A stretch of 64,000 bases of DNA from Solirubrobacteraceae bacterium (GTDB taxonomy: Bacteria; Actinomycetota; Thermoleophilia; Solirubrobacterales; Solirubrobacteraceae): positions 12,452-76,451 of the forward strand of contig DATGFT010000008.1 in assembly GCA_035308915.1 (NCBI GenBank). The letters are read 5' to 3'. Numbering within the stretch: the first letter of the stretch is position 1; each line of letters begins with the position of its first letter. Both the position numbers and the translations under genes were made by a program. Shown here piece by piece: positions 29,222 to 41,627 of the stretch. The notes beneath the pieces were generated by a model that was not told the DNA's origin, ran no database searches, and was given only the letters and a program-made list of their open reading frames with translations.

Positions 29222-31933
29222 ATGAGCTCTGCCGCGGTTGGTCGCTACCCCAGCGATCGGGAGGCCGAGATCGCGCTGCGGGATGGCTCGACGGTCCATG
29301 TGCGCCCGGTGCGCGAGAGCGATGGGCCCGCCATCCGCGCCTTTCTAGAGGCGCTGTCTCCGGAGTCGATCGCCTTCCGGTTCTTCGGCCATCCCAGTCT
29401 CGAGTGGGCGACTCGGTGGTCGGTGGATGTCGATTATGCCGAGCGCTTTGCGCTGATCGCTGAGACCGGAAGCCCGCGCCGGATCATCGCCCACGCGGCC
29501 TACATAACCGAGGCGCCGGGACACGCCGAGATCGCGTTCGTCGTCGCGGATGCCTGGCAAGGGAAGGGGATCTCGACCCTGCTCCTGGCGCATATGGCCG
29601 AGGTGGCGGCACACAACGGCATCGCGACCTTCGTCGCGATGGTCATGCCCACCAACCACCGGATGATCGAGGTCTTCCGGGAGAGCGGATTCCCGGTGGA
29701 GCTTCGTTCCTCGCCTGATGCGATCCGGGTCGAGTTCCCGACCTCGCTCTCGTCCGAGGCGGTGACGCGATTTCAGGAGCGCGACGCGGTGGCGGCGGTC
29801 GCCGCCGTACGGAGCTTTCTCGAGCCGCGCTCGGTGGCGGTCATCGGCGCATCGAGGCGCCGAGAGACGGTCGGGGGCGAGATCCTTCACAACCTCCTCG
29901 CGTCCGGCTACACGGGGCCGGTCTACGTGGTCAACAACCGAGCCGAGGTCGTCCAGTCGCTCCCGGCCTACTCGTCGGTCCGTGATCTACCAGTGGCCGT
30001 GGAGCTCGCCGTCGTCGTGGTTCCCGCCGCCGAGGTTGTGGGCGTGGCGCGTGACTGCGCCGAGGCCGGCGTCAGGGGCCTGCTCGTGATCTCCGCCGGC
30101 TTTGCCGAGGCGGGCGCCGAGGGCGCCGCCCGCCAGCGGGAACTGGTCGCGGTGTGTCGGGATACCGGCATGCGCCTGGTCGGTCCCAATTGCCTGGGGC
30201 TGCTCAACACCTCCTCCGCCGTCAGCCTCAACGCCACCTTCGCTCCTCATGCACCGGTGCCGGGCCGCGTCGGTTTCATGTCCCAGAGTGGAGGGGTGGG
30301 GATCGCCATCATCGAGGTCGCGGGGGGGCTCGGGATCGGCCTGTCATCGTTTGTCTCGGTCGGCAACAAGGCTGACCTCTCGGGCAACGACTTTCTCCGC
30401 TACTGGGAGCGGGACGAGGAGACCGACGTCGGGCTTATGTACCTGGAGTCGTTCGGCAACCCGCGGAAGTTCGCCCGGATCGCTCCGCATTTCGCCCGCC
30501 GCAAGCCTCTGCTGGTCGTCAAGAGTGGCCGCTCGGCGGCGGGGGCCCGTGCCACGTCATCTCACACGGGCGCCCTGCTCTCTGCCTCCGACGTGACGGT
30601 TGACGCTCTGTTCGAGCAGGCCGGGGTCATCCGCACCGATACCTTGCGTGAGCTGTTCTCGGTCGCCGCGCTGTTGAGCAGCCAGCCCGTTCCCCGCGGC
30701 GACCGTGTCGCGATCGTCACCAACGCCGGCGGTCCGGGGATCGTGTGCGCCGACGCGTGTCAGGCAGTCGGCGTGGATGTTCCGGAGCTCACTGGCGAGG
30801 TCCGCTCGAAGCTGGCCGAGTTCCTGAGCCCAGAGGCGTCACTGGGCAATCCCGTCGACATGATCGCCACGGCTTCAGCCGAGGACTATCGCCGCGTCCT
30901 CGAGACGCTGATCGAGATGGACGTATGCGATGCCGTGATCGCGATCTTCGTCCCGCCGCTCGTCACCGAGGCCGCAGACGTCGCCACGGCGATCCGAGAG
31001 GTGGCCGGCAACGCCCCCAGAACGCCGATCGTCGCCGTCTTCATGACCACCGACGGACCCCCGGCCGAGCTGCGCTCGGGTACCACCCAGGTGCCCGGGT
31101 ACGAGTTCCCCGAGGAGGCGGCGCGCGCAGTCGCGCTCGCCGCTCGCTATGGCCGCTGGCGGGAGACTCCACCCGGGAATATCGTCACGCCGGCCGACGT
31201 ACGTCCCGGGCGCGCCGCGGCGATCATCAGCCACGCCCTCAGGGAGGAGGTTGACTGGCTTGCGCCGTCTCAGGTGGCCGAGCTGTTGACCTGCTACGGG
31301 CTGCCCTTGATTTCGACGTATGTGGTCCCTGACGCCGACGCCGCAGTGGCCAGGGCGGCCGAGCTCGGGCGTCCGATAGCGCTGAAGGCGAACGCGCGCG
31401 GCCTTCTGCACAAGAGCGACGTCGGTGGCGTGAGACTTGGGCTCCAGAGCCCGGAGGAAATTCGCGCCGCCGCGGCTGGGATCGAAGCCGCCGTGGCTGA
31501 ATCCGGGCAACAGCTCGACGGTTTCCTGGTCCAGCCAATGGCCGGTGACGGACCCGAGCTGATCGTCGGCGTCGTGCACGATCCGAGCTTCGGGCCGGTC
31601 CTGGCCTGCGGCGCCGGAGGCACGACGGCCGAGGTGATCAAGGACGTGGCCGTGCGCATAACTCCGCTCACCGACAGCGATGCCCGGGAGATGCTTCGCT
31701 CGCTCAGGACGTTCCCGTTGCTCGACGGCTACCGAGGCGCCCCGCGGGCCGATCTGACGGCGATCGAGGATGTGATCCTCCGGGTCAGCGCGATGGTCGA
31801 GGCCCACCCGGAGATCGCGGAGCTCGACTGCAACCCCCTGATCGCCGGCCCCGACGGGGCGGTGATCGTCGACGCCCGAGTGCGAGTCGCGACCGCGTCC
31901 CCGGCGCCGCCTCTGGGCTCGCTGTCGGCCTAG
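29222..31933 (+). CDS. GNAT + NDP-forming acyl-CoA ligase-like fusion (Pat-type protein lysine acetyltransferase)
   Basis: N-terminal GNAT (AEIAFVVADAWQGKGI), VAVIGAS, GPNCLG, SQSG, GNKAD, SHTGAL, ATP-grasp HKSDVGGV and DCNP. Confidence 0.88.
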   Translation: MSSAAVGRYPSDREAEIALRDGSTVHVRPVRESDGPAIRAFLEALSPESIAFRFFGHPSLEWATRWSVDVDYAERFALIAETGSPRRIIAHAAYITEAPGHAEIAFVVADAWQGKGISTLLLAHMAEVAAHNGIATFVAMVMPTNHRMIEVFRESGFPVELRSSPDAIRVEFPTSLSSEAVTRFQERDAVAAVAAVRSFLEPRSVAVIGASRRRETVGGEILHNLLASGYTGPVYVVNNRAEVVQSLPAYSSVRDLPVAVELAVVVVPAAEVVGVARDCAEAGVRGLLVISAGFAEAGAEGAARQRELVAVCRDTGMRLVGPNCLGLLNTSSAVSLNATFAPHAPVPGRVGFMSQSGGVGIAIIEVAGGLGIGLSSFVSVGNKADLSGNDFLRYWERDEETDVGLMYLESFGNPRKFARIAPHFARRKPLLVVKSGRSAAGARATSSHTGALLSASDVTVDALFEQAGVIRTDTLRELFSVAALLSSQPVPRGDRVAIVTNAGGPGIVCADACQAVGVDVPELTGEVRSKLAEFLSPEASLGNPVDMIATASAEDYRRVLETLIEMDVCDAVIAIFVPPLVTEAADVATAIREVAGNAPRTPIVAVFMTTDGPPAELRSGTTQVPGYEFPEEAARAVALAARYGRWRETPPGNIVTPADVRPGRAAAIISHALREEVDWLAPSQVAELLTCYGLPLISTYVVPDADAAVARAAELGRPIALKANARGLLHKSDVGGVRLGLQSPEEIRAAAAGIEAAVAESGQQLDGFLVQPMAGDGPELIVGVVHDPSFGPVLACGAGGTTAEVIKDVAVRITPLTDSDAREMLRSLRTFPLLDGYRGAPRADLTAIEDVILRVSAMVEAHPEIAELDCNPLIAGPDGAVIVDARVRVATASPAPPLGSLSA

Positions 31934-31968
31934 GGCCGGCCCCGCGCCGGGTTCGCTGCTCGAGCGCA

Positions 31969-32011
31969 ACCGCAATCTGAACTACGTGCCGCAATCTGAA
32001 CTACGTGCCGC
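31969..32011. repeat. 19-bp tandem duplication in a promoter region
   Basis: ccgcaatctgaactacgtg occurs twice, immediately upstream of and overlapping the REC-kinase start. Confidence 0.85.
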
Positions 32012-33330
32012 GGGTTAGAGTGCTCGGCGTGGACGGGCGCGTCAAGATCGTTCTGGCCGACGACCACGCAATGGTCAGGGGTGGTCTCCGCCGAGTCCTC
32101 GACGCTGAGCCGGACCTCGCTGTCGTCGCCGAGGCTGGGAATGCCGAGGCGGCGCTGCGCGAGACCCTCGCTCACCGGCCCCGGATCGTCGTACTCGATC
32201 TCAACATGCCCGGCCCGCCCACGGTCGACGTGATCCCGGATCTTCTGAAGGCCGCCCCTGGTTGCGCGGTGCTGGTGCTGACCATGGACAACGAGCCGGC
32301 CTCGGCGCAGGCGGCGATGAGCGCTGGCGCCTCCGCATACGTGCTGAAGGAGGCAGCTGAGGTCGAGCTGGTCGAGGCGATTCGGGCGCTGCTCGCCGGG
32401 AGGACCTACCTCGACCCGAGTCTGGGAGCCAGGCTCGCCACGTCCTCGGCCGCGGGCCGGGGCGCATGGCGGCTGACCGCAGTGGCGGACCCTGAGGCGC
32501 TGGTCGGCTCGACCTTCGCCGATCACCGGCTCGACGCTGTGCTTGGAAGGGGCGGGATGGGAGTGGTCTTCCGAGCCACCGATCTGGCCCTCGATCGCCC
32601 GGTGGCGCTCAAGCTCATCGCGGCCGAGGTGGCTGGTGACCGCGTGTTCCGGGCACGCTTTGAGCGAGAAGCGAGGCTTGCCGCCTCGATCGATCACCCG
32701 CACGTCGTCGCCATCCACCGAGCCGGTGAGGAGGACGGGGTTCCGTATCTGACCATGCGCTATGTCGATGGCCCCGATCTGCGTGGTGTGGTCAGCGCCA
32801 TCGGGCCGCTCGCTGCCCCCCGGGCGACTGCGTTGTTGTGCCAGATTGCCGCCGCGCTTGACGCGGCGCACGCGCTCGGGCTCGTACATCGGGACGTCAA
32901 GCCGACGAACGTGCTGGTCGAGGCGCGTGGGCCGCGCGAACAGTGCTTCTTGGCCGACTTCGGCCTCACCAAGCCGGGGGTCGAGGACTCGGTTACCCGG
33001 ACCGCAATGCCGCTGGGGACGGTCGACTATGTCGCGCCTGAGCAGGCACAGGGCCGTGAGGTCGACGCGCGCGCCGACATCTATTCGCTGGGATGTGTCT
33101 TCTTCTACATGCTCACGGCTCGAGTTCCGTTCGATCGCGAAAGCGATCTCGCCAAGCTGTGGTCCCACGTCAACGAGCCACCGCCCAAGCTGCGGACGCT
33201 CAGACCCGACCTGCCTCTGGAACTCGAGGAGGTCTTGGAGCGGGCTTTGGCCAAGCGCCCGGCTGATCGCCCGGCTTCGGCGGGCGAGCTGGCGCGTAGC
33301 GTGGCGGCGGCGATTGGCGGGCTGACCTGA
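32005..33330 (+). CDS. Response-regulator receiver domain fused to Hanks-type Ser/Thr protein kinase
   Basis: LADDH, VLDLNMP, YVLK receiver; then LGRGGMGVV, VALK, HRDVKPTN, DFG, GTVDYVAPEQ, DIYSLG. Start may be the GTG at 32029. Confidence 0.88.
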   Translation: MPRVRVLGVDGRVKIVLADDHAMVRGGLRRVLDAEPDLAVVAEAGNAEAALRETLAHRPRIVVLDLNMPGPPTVDVIPDLLKAAPGCAVLVLTMDNEPASAQAAMSAGASAYVLKEAAEVELVEAIRALLAGRTYLDPSLGARLATSSAAGRGAWRLTAVADPEALVGSTFADHRLDAVLGRGGMGVVFRATDLALDRPVALKLIAAEVAGDRVFRARFEREARLAASIDHPHVVAIHRAGEEDGVPYLTMRYVDGPDLRGVVSAIGPLAAPRATALLCQIAAALDAAHALGLVHRDVKPTNVLVEARGPREQCFLADFGLTKPGVEDSVTRTAMPLGTVDYVAPEQAQGREVDARADIYSLGCVFFYMLTARVPFDRESDLAKLWSHVNEPPPKLRTLRPDLPLELEEVLERALAKRPADRPASAGELARSVAAAIGGLT

Positions 33331-33340
33331 CCCTGGGCTG

Positions 33341-34396
33341 CTAGGTCGCGACGAAGGTTATGCGGTGCACCGCGTTGTTGGCATAGCCACGCTGGTTGGC
33401 CGGCGGCTCATCAGGCTGCGTTTCCCCGGCGCCATCTATGGCGCGACACGCCAGCTCGTGGGCCCCCGGATCGAGGGTGACCCGACTCTCCCAGCTCACC
33501 CGCGTGTAGGGCCCGGGCGCGGCGCCGAGTCGAGCCCGTGACCAGGGGCCGGCGTCCACCTGGACGAGCACATCGGCGATCCCGCCGGCGCCTCCCCAGG
33601 CCGTCCCCCTGATCACAAGCTCGTTGCCCGGTCTCGCCTCGCCGTCGACCGGCGTGGTGATCAGGGCGTGGACTGGAAGCGGGCCGAGCCTGCGGCCGAA
33701 GCCGTCCTCGCCCGGCGCGCAGAAGCGGTAGTCGATGGCCTGGAAGAAGCCCTCGAACTCGCGGTCGGTGAACCAGATGCGGTCGAGCCATTTGACCGAG
33801 TCGGTCGCGTACCACCCAGGGACCACGAGGCGAACCGGGCCCCCGCGATCGAGTGAGATGGGCTGGCCGTTCATCGCGTAAGTGAGCAGCACATCGGGGT
33901 CGAGCGCCTTGTCAAGCGGGAGGCTGCGGGCGAAGCGGTGAATCCCGCCCACCTCCGCCACGACCCCTGCGTCAGCGCCTTCGAGTACGACCTCGTGCGC
34001 GTCGGCCGGAATGCCGGCGATCTGGAGGACCGAGGCGAGGCTCGTCCCGGTCCAGTGCGCCTCAGCCACGGCGCCGAGCTCCCAGGGCAGGCCGCCGGGG
34101 AGCGGCTCGAATTCGGCGCGGCGGTGACCCGCGCACTCGAGAACCACGCTGAGCGTTCGCGCCGGGAGTCGCTTTAGCGTGTCCAGGTCGACGCGGAGCA
34201 AGCCGGAGCTGCCGATCAGCTCTAGCGACCAGGCGCCAAGGTCCCAATCAGGCGCTGGAAAGTGGTCCCGCACGAAATGGAGCTCGCTCGGGATCTCGTC
34301 CAGCTCGAGCGCAGCCAGCGGCGTCGGACGCCAGCGGTCAAGCCCAAGCTCGGCGCCATGCCCCGCAGCACGGAAATAGTCTTCTCCGACTCCCAA
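33341..34396 (-). CDS. Sulfite oxidase family molybdoenzyme
   Basis: HFVRDH, LECAGHRR, FARSLP, YAMNG, GGPVRLVVPGWY..SVKW. Start uncertain. Confidence 0.82.
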   Translation of the reverse strand: MGVGEDYFRAAGHGAELGLDRWRPTPLAALELDEIPSELHFVRDHFPAPDWDLGAWSLELIGSSGLLRVDLDTLKRLPARTLSVVLECAGHRRAEFEPLPGGLPWELGAVAEAHWTGTSLASVLQIAGIPADAHEVVLEGADAGVVAEVGGIHRFARSLPLDKALDPDVLLTYAMNGQPISLDRGGPVRLVVPGWYATDSVKWLDRIWFTDREFEGFFQAIDYRFCAPGEDGFGRRLGPLPVHALITTPVDGEARPGNELVIRGTAWGGAGGIADVLVQVDAGPWSRARLGAAPGPYTRVSWESRVTLDPGAHELACRAIDGAGETQPDEPPANQRGYANNAVHRITFVAT

Positions 34397-34502
34397 TTTG
34401 CCCCCTAAACACGACCGGTCTTGTCGAGTATACGAGCGCTGTACGCCCGAAGTTCGCGGCCCTCGACATGACTGCGCCGTCCCCGACGTCAGGAGAACTG
34501 AG

Positions 34503-34994
34503 ATGACCGCGACCGATCAGCTGGTGGCCAACAACGAGGCCTACGCCAGTTCGTTCTACAACGCCGACCTGCCGGCGGCGCCGGCCCGGAAGGTCGCGAT
34601 CGTTGCCTGCATGGACGCGCGGCTGAACGTCTACGGGCTGCTGGGGCTGAACGACGGCGACGCCCACGTCATCCGCAACGCCGGCGGGGTGGTGACGGAC
34701 GACGTCATCCGGTCATTAGCGATCTCCCAGCGGTTGCTGGGAACGGAGGAGATCATCCTCATCCACCACACGGGCTGCGGGATGCTCGGCTTCACCGACG
34801 ACGAGTTCAGGAGCTCCATTCAGGAGGAGACCGGTATCCGACCCCACTGGGCAGCAGAGGCCTTTGCCGATCTGGAGGCTGACGTCCGGCAGTCGATTGC
34901 GCGGATCAATGCATCCCCCTTCATCCCGCGCAAGCACGCAATCCGTGGATTCGTCTTCGAGGTGGACACCGGGCGCCTGCGCGAGGTGGCCTGA
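34503..34994 (+). CDS. Beta-class carbonic anhydrase (Rv1284-like)
   Basis: ACMDAR, IRNAGG, HHTGCGM; aggaga RBS. Confidence 0.92.
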   Translation: MTATDQLVANNEAYASSFYNADLPAAPARKVAIVACMDARLNVYGLLGLNDGDAHVIRNAGGVVTDDVIRSLAISQRLLGTEEIILIHHTGCGMLGFTDDEFRSSIQEETGIRPHWAAEAFADLEADVRQSIARINASPFIPRKHAIRGFVFEVDTGRLREVA

Positions 34995-35108
34995 GCAGGA
35001 CGCTTGTGGGCTGCAGCGACAGACACTGGTGATGCTGCGGTGAATTACTGATCGGTTCGGTGCTCTGGCCCCGATATCCCGGAGCGCGTGTCGCCGTAAC
35101 TTGACATC

Positions 35109-37585
<2,477 letters not shown>

Positions 37586-37621
37586 CCGTTGCCTCGACGG
37601 GCAACGCAGCGGAGCAACAGC

Positions 37622-39100
37622 ATGGCCCAACCTCACCACGTTCCGGTCATGCCCATGGACCCGCGGCGGTTCAGCTCTCTACTGCGGGCCGACGAGTACG
37701 AGGACCTCGAGCAGCTGATCGACGACGGACGGCGCGAGCTTCACGGCCGCGTGGTCTGGAACGTCAATTCGACCGCCCAGGGTGGGGGCGTTGTGGAGCT
37801 GCTGCGACCGCTGCTCGGCTACTCCCGGGGCGCAGGTGTCGACGCGCGTTGGGTCGTGATTGAGGCCAACCCCGCCTTCTTCGAGGTGACGAAGCGCTTG
37901 CACAATCGCCTGCATGGCTTCCGGGGAGACCGCGGCGAGCTCGGCGCCGATGCGCGGGCGATCTATGAGCGGACTCTCGCGGCCAACGCCGCGGCGCTCG
38001 TTCCCCTCATCAACGAGGGAGATGTCGTCATCCTCCATGACCCTCAAACCGCCGGCCTGGTCGGCCATGTGCAGCGTTCGGGGGCGACGGTCATCTGGCG
38101 CTGCCACGTCGGCCGCGACCATCTGAACGGCCCGGCTCATGAAGCTTGGGACTTCCTGCGGCCCTACATCCTCGACGCCGGGGCCTATGTCTTCTCGCGC
38201 CGGATCTTCGCGTGGGACGGTCTGCCGAAGGACCGGATCGTGATCATCCCTCCCTCGATCGATGCGTTTTCGCCCAAGAACGAGGAGCAGAGCCCGAGCC
38301 AGTCGCTGGCCATCCTGTCCCGCGCCGGGCTGGTTCCGCAGGCGAGAACGGGGAGCCCGACCTTCGTGCGTTCTGACGGCACGCCGGGGCGAGTGGATAG
38401 ATGCGCCACGCTCACGCAGGAACGTCCGCTGACGCCGGATGATCCCGTCGTCATGCAGCTCTCCCGCTGGGATCGGCTGAAGGATCCTGTCGGCGTGATG
38501 AAGGCGTTTGCCGGCTACGTGGCGCCCCGGTCGGACGCGCACCTGTTGCTGGCCGGACCCGCCACCGACTCGGTCTCCGACGACCCCGAGGGAGCTGCGG
38601 TGCTGGCGACGGTCAGGCGCGCCTTCGCAGCGCTGGCCCCCGAGGTCCGCGCGCGGGTGCATCTGGCGTCTCTGCCGATGGACGACGGCGAGGAGAACGC
38701 TGCCATCGTCAACGCCCTCCAGCGCCACGCGACGATCGTGGTTCAGAAGAGCCTGGCCGAGGGATTTGGGCTGACCGTGGCCGAGGCGATGTGGAAGGCG
38801 CGTCCGGTTGTGGCCAGCCGGGTGGGGGGTATCGTCGAGCAGATCGTCGACGGCGAGTCGGGCGTCCTCATCGCCAACCCCAGGGATCTCGAGGTCACGG
38901 GGGAGGCCATCCTGGCTCTGCTGTCCGATCCACGGCGCGCGCGGAGACTCGGGCAGGCAGCGAAGGAAAGGATCCGCGAGGCGTTTCTCGCGCCTCGGCA
39001 CCTGCGACGCTACTTCGAGTTGATCCAGCGCCTCGTACGCGACGACGAGCCCGTCGGACCGGCTCCGGCTGCCGAGCTGGTGCTGCCGGAGGCTCGCTGA
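37622..39100 (+). CDS. treT: GT4 glycosyltransferase, trehalose synthase TreT-like
   Basis: NSTAQGGGVVELL, HDPQ, WRCH, SRWDRLKDP, QKSLAEGFGLTVAEAMWK. Confidence 0.75.
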   Translation: MAQPHHVPVMPMDPRRFSSLLRADEYEDLEQLIDDGRRELHGRVVWNVNSTAQGGGVVELLRPLLGYSRGAGVDARWVVIEANPAFFEVTKRLHNRLHGFRGDRGELGADARAIYERTLAANAAALVPLINEGDVVILHDPQTAGLVGHVQRSGATVIWRCHVGRDHLNGPAHEAWDFLRPYILDAGAYVFSRRIFAWDGLPKDRIVIIPPSIDAFSPKNEEQSPSQSLAILSRAGLVPQARTGSPTFVRSDGTPGRVDRCATLTQERPLTPDDPVVMQLSRWDRLKDPVGVMKAFAGYVAPRSDAHLLLAGPATDSVSDDPEGAAVLATVRRAFAALAPEVRARVHLASLPMDDGEENAAIVNALQRHATIVVQKSLAEGFGLTVAEAMWKARPVVASRVGGIVEQIVDGESGVLIANPRDLEVTGEAILALLSDPRRARRLGQAAKERIREAFLAPRHLRRYFELIQRLVRDDEPVGPAPAAELVLPEAR

Positions 39101-40251
39101 TGGCCGGCCGTCTCGACCTCGACCTCTACAACGTTCTGCTCGGCTTCGGCTGGGTCCGAGAACGAGTCGAGCTGGTACGCGCCACCATGGACCCGGGATT
39201 CCTGCTTCGCGCCCGGCGCGCCCTGTTCCCGATCCCTGGGCTCGACCGTGAGCCGTCCGGTTCGGCGGACGTGCTGCCACCATTTCGCAGCCGTCCGATT
39301 CGCGCTCTCAGCGCGCGGCGCATCGCGATGATCGCAGGCGGCGGCGCCGGCGCCTGCGTGTCGTTGATCGGCGTCCGCCGGGCCTTCGAGGAGGCGGGCG
39401 TCGAGCCTGAGCTCATCTCGGCCTGCTCGGGTGGGGCGATCTGGGGCTCGCAGTGGGCGGCCGGGTTGAGCGCCGAGGAGATGGCGGACTTCTCGCTCTC
39501 CTGGCACCTGGAGGACTATCTCGACATCCAGTGGGCAAAGCTCCCCGGGTATGCGGTCAACGCCCTGCGCGGCTTCACCGGGGTGGCCAAGGGCGAGGCA
39601 ATCGAGCGGACGTTCACCGAGCGCTTCGGGCCGCTGCGGGCGCGCGACTTCGCGATCCCACTGACCTCGATCGTCTACGACATGGATCGCGGGCTCGTCG
39701 ACTACTTCGGCAGCGACACCAAGCCCGACCTGACGATCGGGCGCTTGGTCCGGATCGCGATTGCGCTGCCGGTGTTCATTGAGGCCGTCGAGGTCGACGG
39801 GCACCTCTATGTCGACGGCGGCATCATCGACCTGTTGCCGGCGGAGCCGGTCCTGCGAGATGGCACGTTCGACCGCGTGTTCGCCGTCAACTTCATGCTG
39901 CCGCCCCAACTCCGGCCCGACGACATCAGTGGGTGGCATACCAAGCGGATGGGCGTACTCCAGGCGAGCCGCCAGGCCGAGCAGGGGTTCCAGCTCGAGT
40001 TCGCCCACCGCACGCAGCGTCAGCTGGGGGACGCGCTCACCGTCATTGACGCCGCCGACCATAGGCTGCTGCGCGGCCCCGCGTTCTATGACCTGTTCAT
40101 CGACCGCAGCCGCTGGCCCGCCCTGATCCTGGGAGGCTACGAGCGAGCCACGAGGGCGCTCGACGCGTTTCGGGCCGAGCGGCGGCAGAGTCGGGGGAGC
40201 CACGCGGCCGACAGAAACGGTGCGGCGAGAACGACATCGAGGAGGCAGTGA
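39100..40251 (+). CDS. Patatin-like phospholipase
   Basis: AGGGAG, nucleophile elbow variant ACSGG, YVDGG. TGATG coupling to the upstream gene. Confidence 0.8.
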   Translation: MAGRLDLDLYNVLLGFGWVRERVELVRATMDPGFLLRARRALFPIPGLDREPSGSADVLPPFRSRPIRALSARRIAMIAGGGAGACVSLIGVRRAFEEAGVEPELISACSGGAIWGSQWAAGLSAEEMADFSLSWHLEDYLDIQWAKLPGYAVNALRGFTGVAKGEAIERTFTERFGPLRARDFAIPLTSIVYDMDRGLVDYFGSDTKPDLTIGRLVRIAIALPVFIEAVEVDGHLYVDGGIIDLLPAEPVLRDGTFDRVFAVNFMLPPQLRPDDISGWHTKRMGVLQASRQAEQGFQLEFAHRTQRQLGDALTVIDAADHRLLRGPAFYDLFIDRSRWPALILGGYERATRALDAFRAERRQSRGSHAADRNGAARTTSRRQ

Positions 40252-40775
40252 TGAAGTCAGTGGTGGTTTACGAGTCGATCTACGGCAACACTCGCGCGAT
40301 TGCCGAGGCGATCGCCGAAGGGCTGGGCGGAGCCGAGGTGGTTCCGGTCTCAGACGCCGGCACGCCCGCAGCCGACCTTCTCGTCGTCGGCGGCCCGACG
40401 CACATGCACGGGATGGCCAGCAGCCGCTCTCGTCAGGCCGCCGCCGACGCCGGGCACGAGGACGGGGCGCACGTCGAGCCGGAGGCCACGGCGGAGCCGG
40501 GGCTTCGCTCGTGGGTGCGCGATCTGCCCGATGCGGCCGGCGCCAAGGCGGCGGCGTTCGACACCCGGATCGACAAGTCGGCATGGGTCACCGGAATGGC
40601 CTCACGCGGGATCGCGCGACGGCTCGCTCATCGTGGCTATGAAGTTGTGGGCAGCGAGAGCTTCCTGGTCCAGGAGTCCGAGGGGCCCCTCGAGGAAGGC
40701 GAGCTCGACCGGGCGCGCAGCTGGGGGGCGGAGCTCGCGGCCATGCTGCCTGCGGACGCGGAGGTGACGTCGTGA
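40248..40775 (+). CDS. Flavodoxin domain protein
   Basis: VYESIYGNT, VGGPTH, AAAFDTR, GPLEEGELDRA. Confidence 0.88.
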   Translation: MMKSVVVYESIYGNTRAIAEAIAEGLGGAEVVPVSDAGTPAADLLVVGGPTHMHGMASSRSRQAAADAGHEDGAHVEPEATAEPGLRSWVRDLPDAAGAKAAAFDTRIDKSAWVTGMASRGIARRLAHRGYEVVGSESFLVQESEGPLEEGELDRARSWGAELAAMLPADAEVTS

Positions 40776-41413
40776 GCGCGACCGCCGCCGAATACCCCGT
40801 GACGTTCTCCGTCGATTACCCCGATCGAGAGCTCAACCGGCTGACCAGTGCGTTTCGCATCTTCACGGTGATCCCGATCTGGATCGTGCTCGCCTCGATC
40901 GGCGGCTACTCGGCCAGCTTCGCCGACGGCACCTCGAACGCCAGGACGATCGCCATCGGGGGCACCGGGGTCCTCTTCATCCCTCCGCTGCTGATGATCC
41001 TGTTTCGCCAGAAATACCCCCGGTGGTGGTTTGACTGGAACGTCCAGTTGCTGCGCTTCACCACGCGCGTGGGCGTCTATCTGGCCCTGATGGACGACCG
41101 CTATCCCTCGACCGACGACACCCAGTCCGTCCACCTCGAGTTCCCCTATCCCGACGTCGGCTATGAGATGAACCGCTGGCTGCCGATCGTCAAGTGGCTC
41201 TTGGCCATACCGCACTACATCGTGCTCTTCTTCCTTGGGATCGGGGTCTTCTTCGCGGCGATCTTCGCCTGGTTCGCGATCCTCTTCACCGGTCGCTATC
41301 CGCGAGGCCTCTTCGACTACATCGAGGGAGTGATCCGCTGGCAGAACCGAGTGGTCGGCTACGCCCTGATCCTGGTCACGGACCGCTACCCGCCGTTTCG
41401 GCTCGGGGCGTAG
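40772..41413 (+). CDS. DUF4389 domain membrane protein
   Basis: Two internal repeats (YPRWWFD/YPRGLFD; DDRYP/TDRYPPF). Confidence 0.82.
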   Translation: MSATAAEYPVTFSVDYPDRELNRLTSAFRIFTVIPIWIVLASIGGYSASFADGTSNARTIAIGGTGVLFIPPLLMILFRQKYPRWWFDWNVQLLRFTTRVGVYLALMDDRYPSTDDTQSVHLEFPYPDVGYEMNRWLPIVKWLLAIPHYIVLFFLGIGVFFAAIFAWFAILFTGRYPRGLFDYIEGVIRWQNRVVGYALILVTDRYPPFRLGA

Positions 41414-41442
41414 GGGGACGGGGCTGACGCACACGCCGGGCG

Positions 41443-41597
41443 CGATTTCGTTGCAGGCTGGGCGAAATCCCGTTACACGCTGTGCGCAATTCGTTACCCG
41501 CCCGCTGGACCTGGGCGAATTACCTACACGCACAGGTGGTTAATTCGCCCAGGTCGGTTTTTTGCATCGCCCAGGTCAGTTTTTCGCATCGCGCAGG
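41443..41597. repeat. Intergenic hairpin/direct-repeat element (REP-like; possible bidirectional terminator)
   Basis: 15-bp inverted repeat gacctgggcgaatta (41508-41522) / taattcgcccaggtc (41541-41555), and 22-bp direct repeats at 41545 and 41567, between convergent genes. Confidence 0.7.
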
Positions 41598-41627
41598 ACG
41601 CGCAGGCGCGCCACCGCTCACGCGCCG

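Noticed and set aside
33341-34396. Molybdoenzyme as the MsrP partner of the MsrQ-like genes
   Set aside because: It lies 7 kb away, has no Tat signal and has a sulfite-oxidase-type C-terminal domain.
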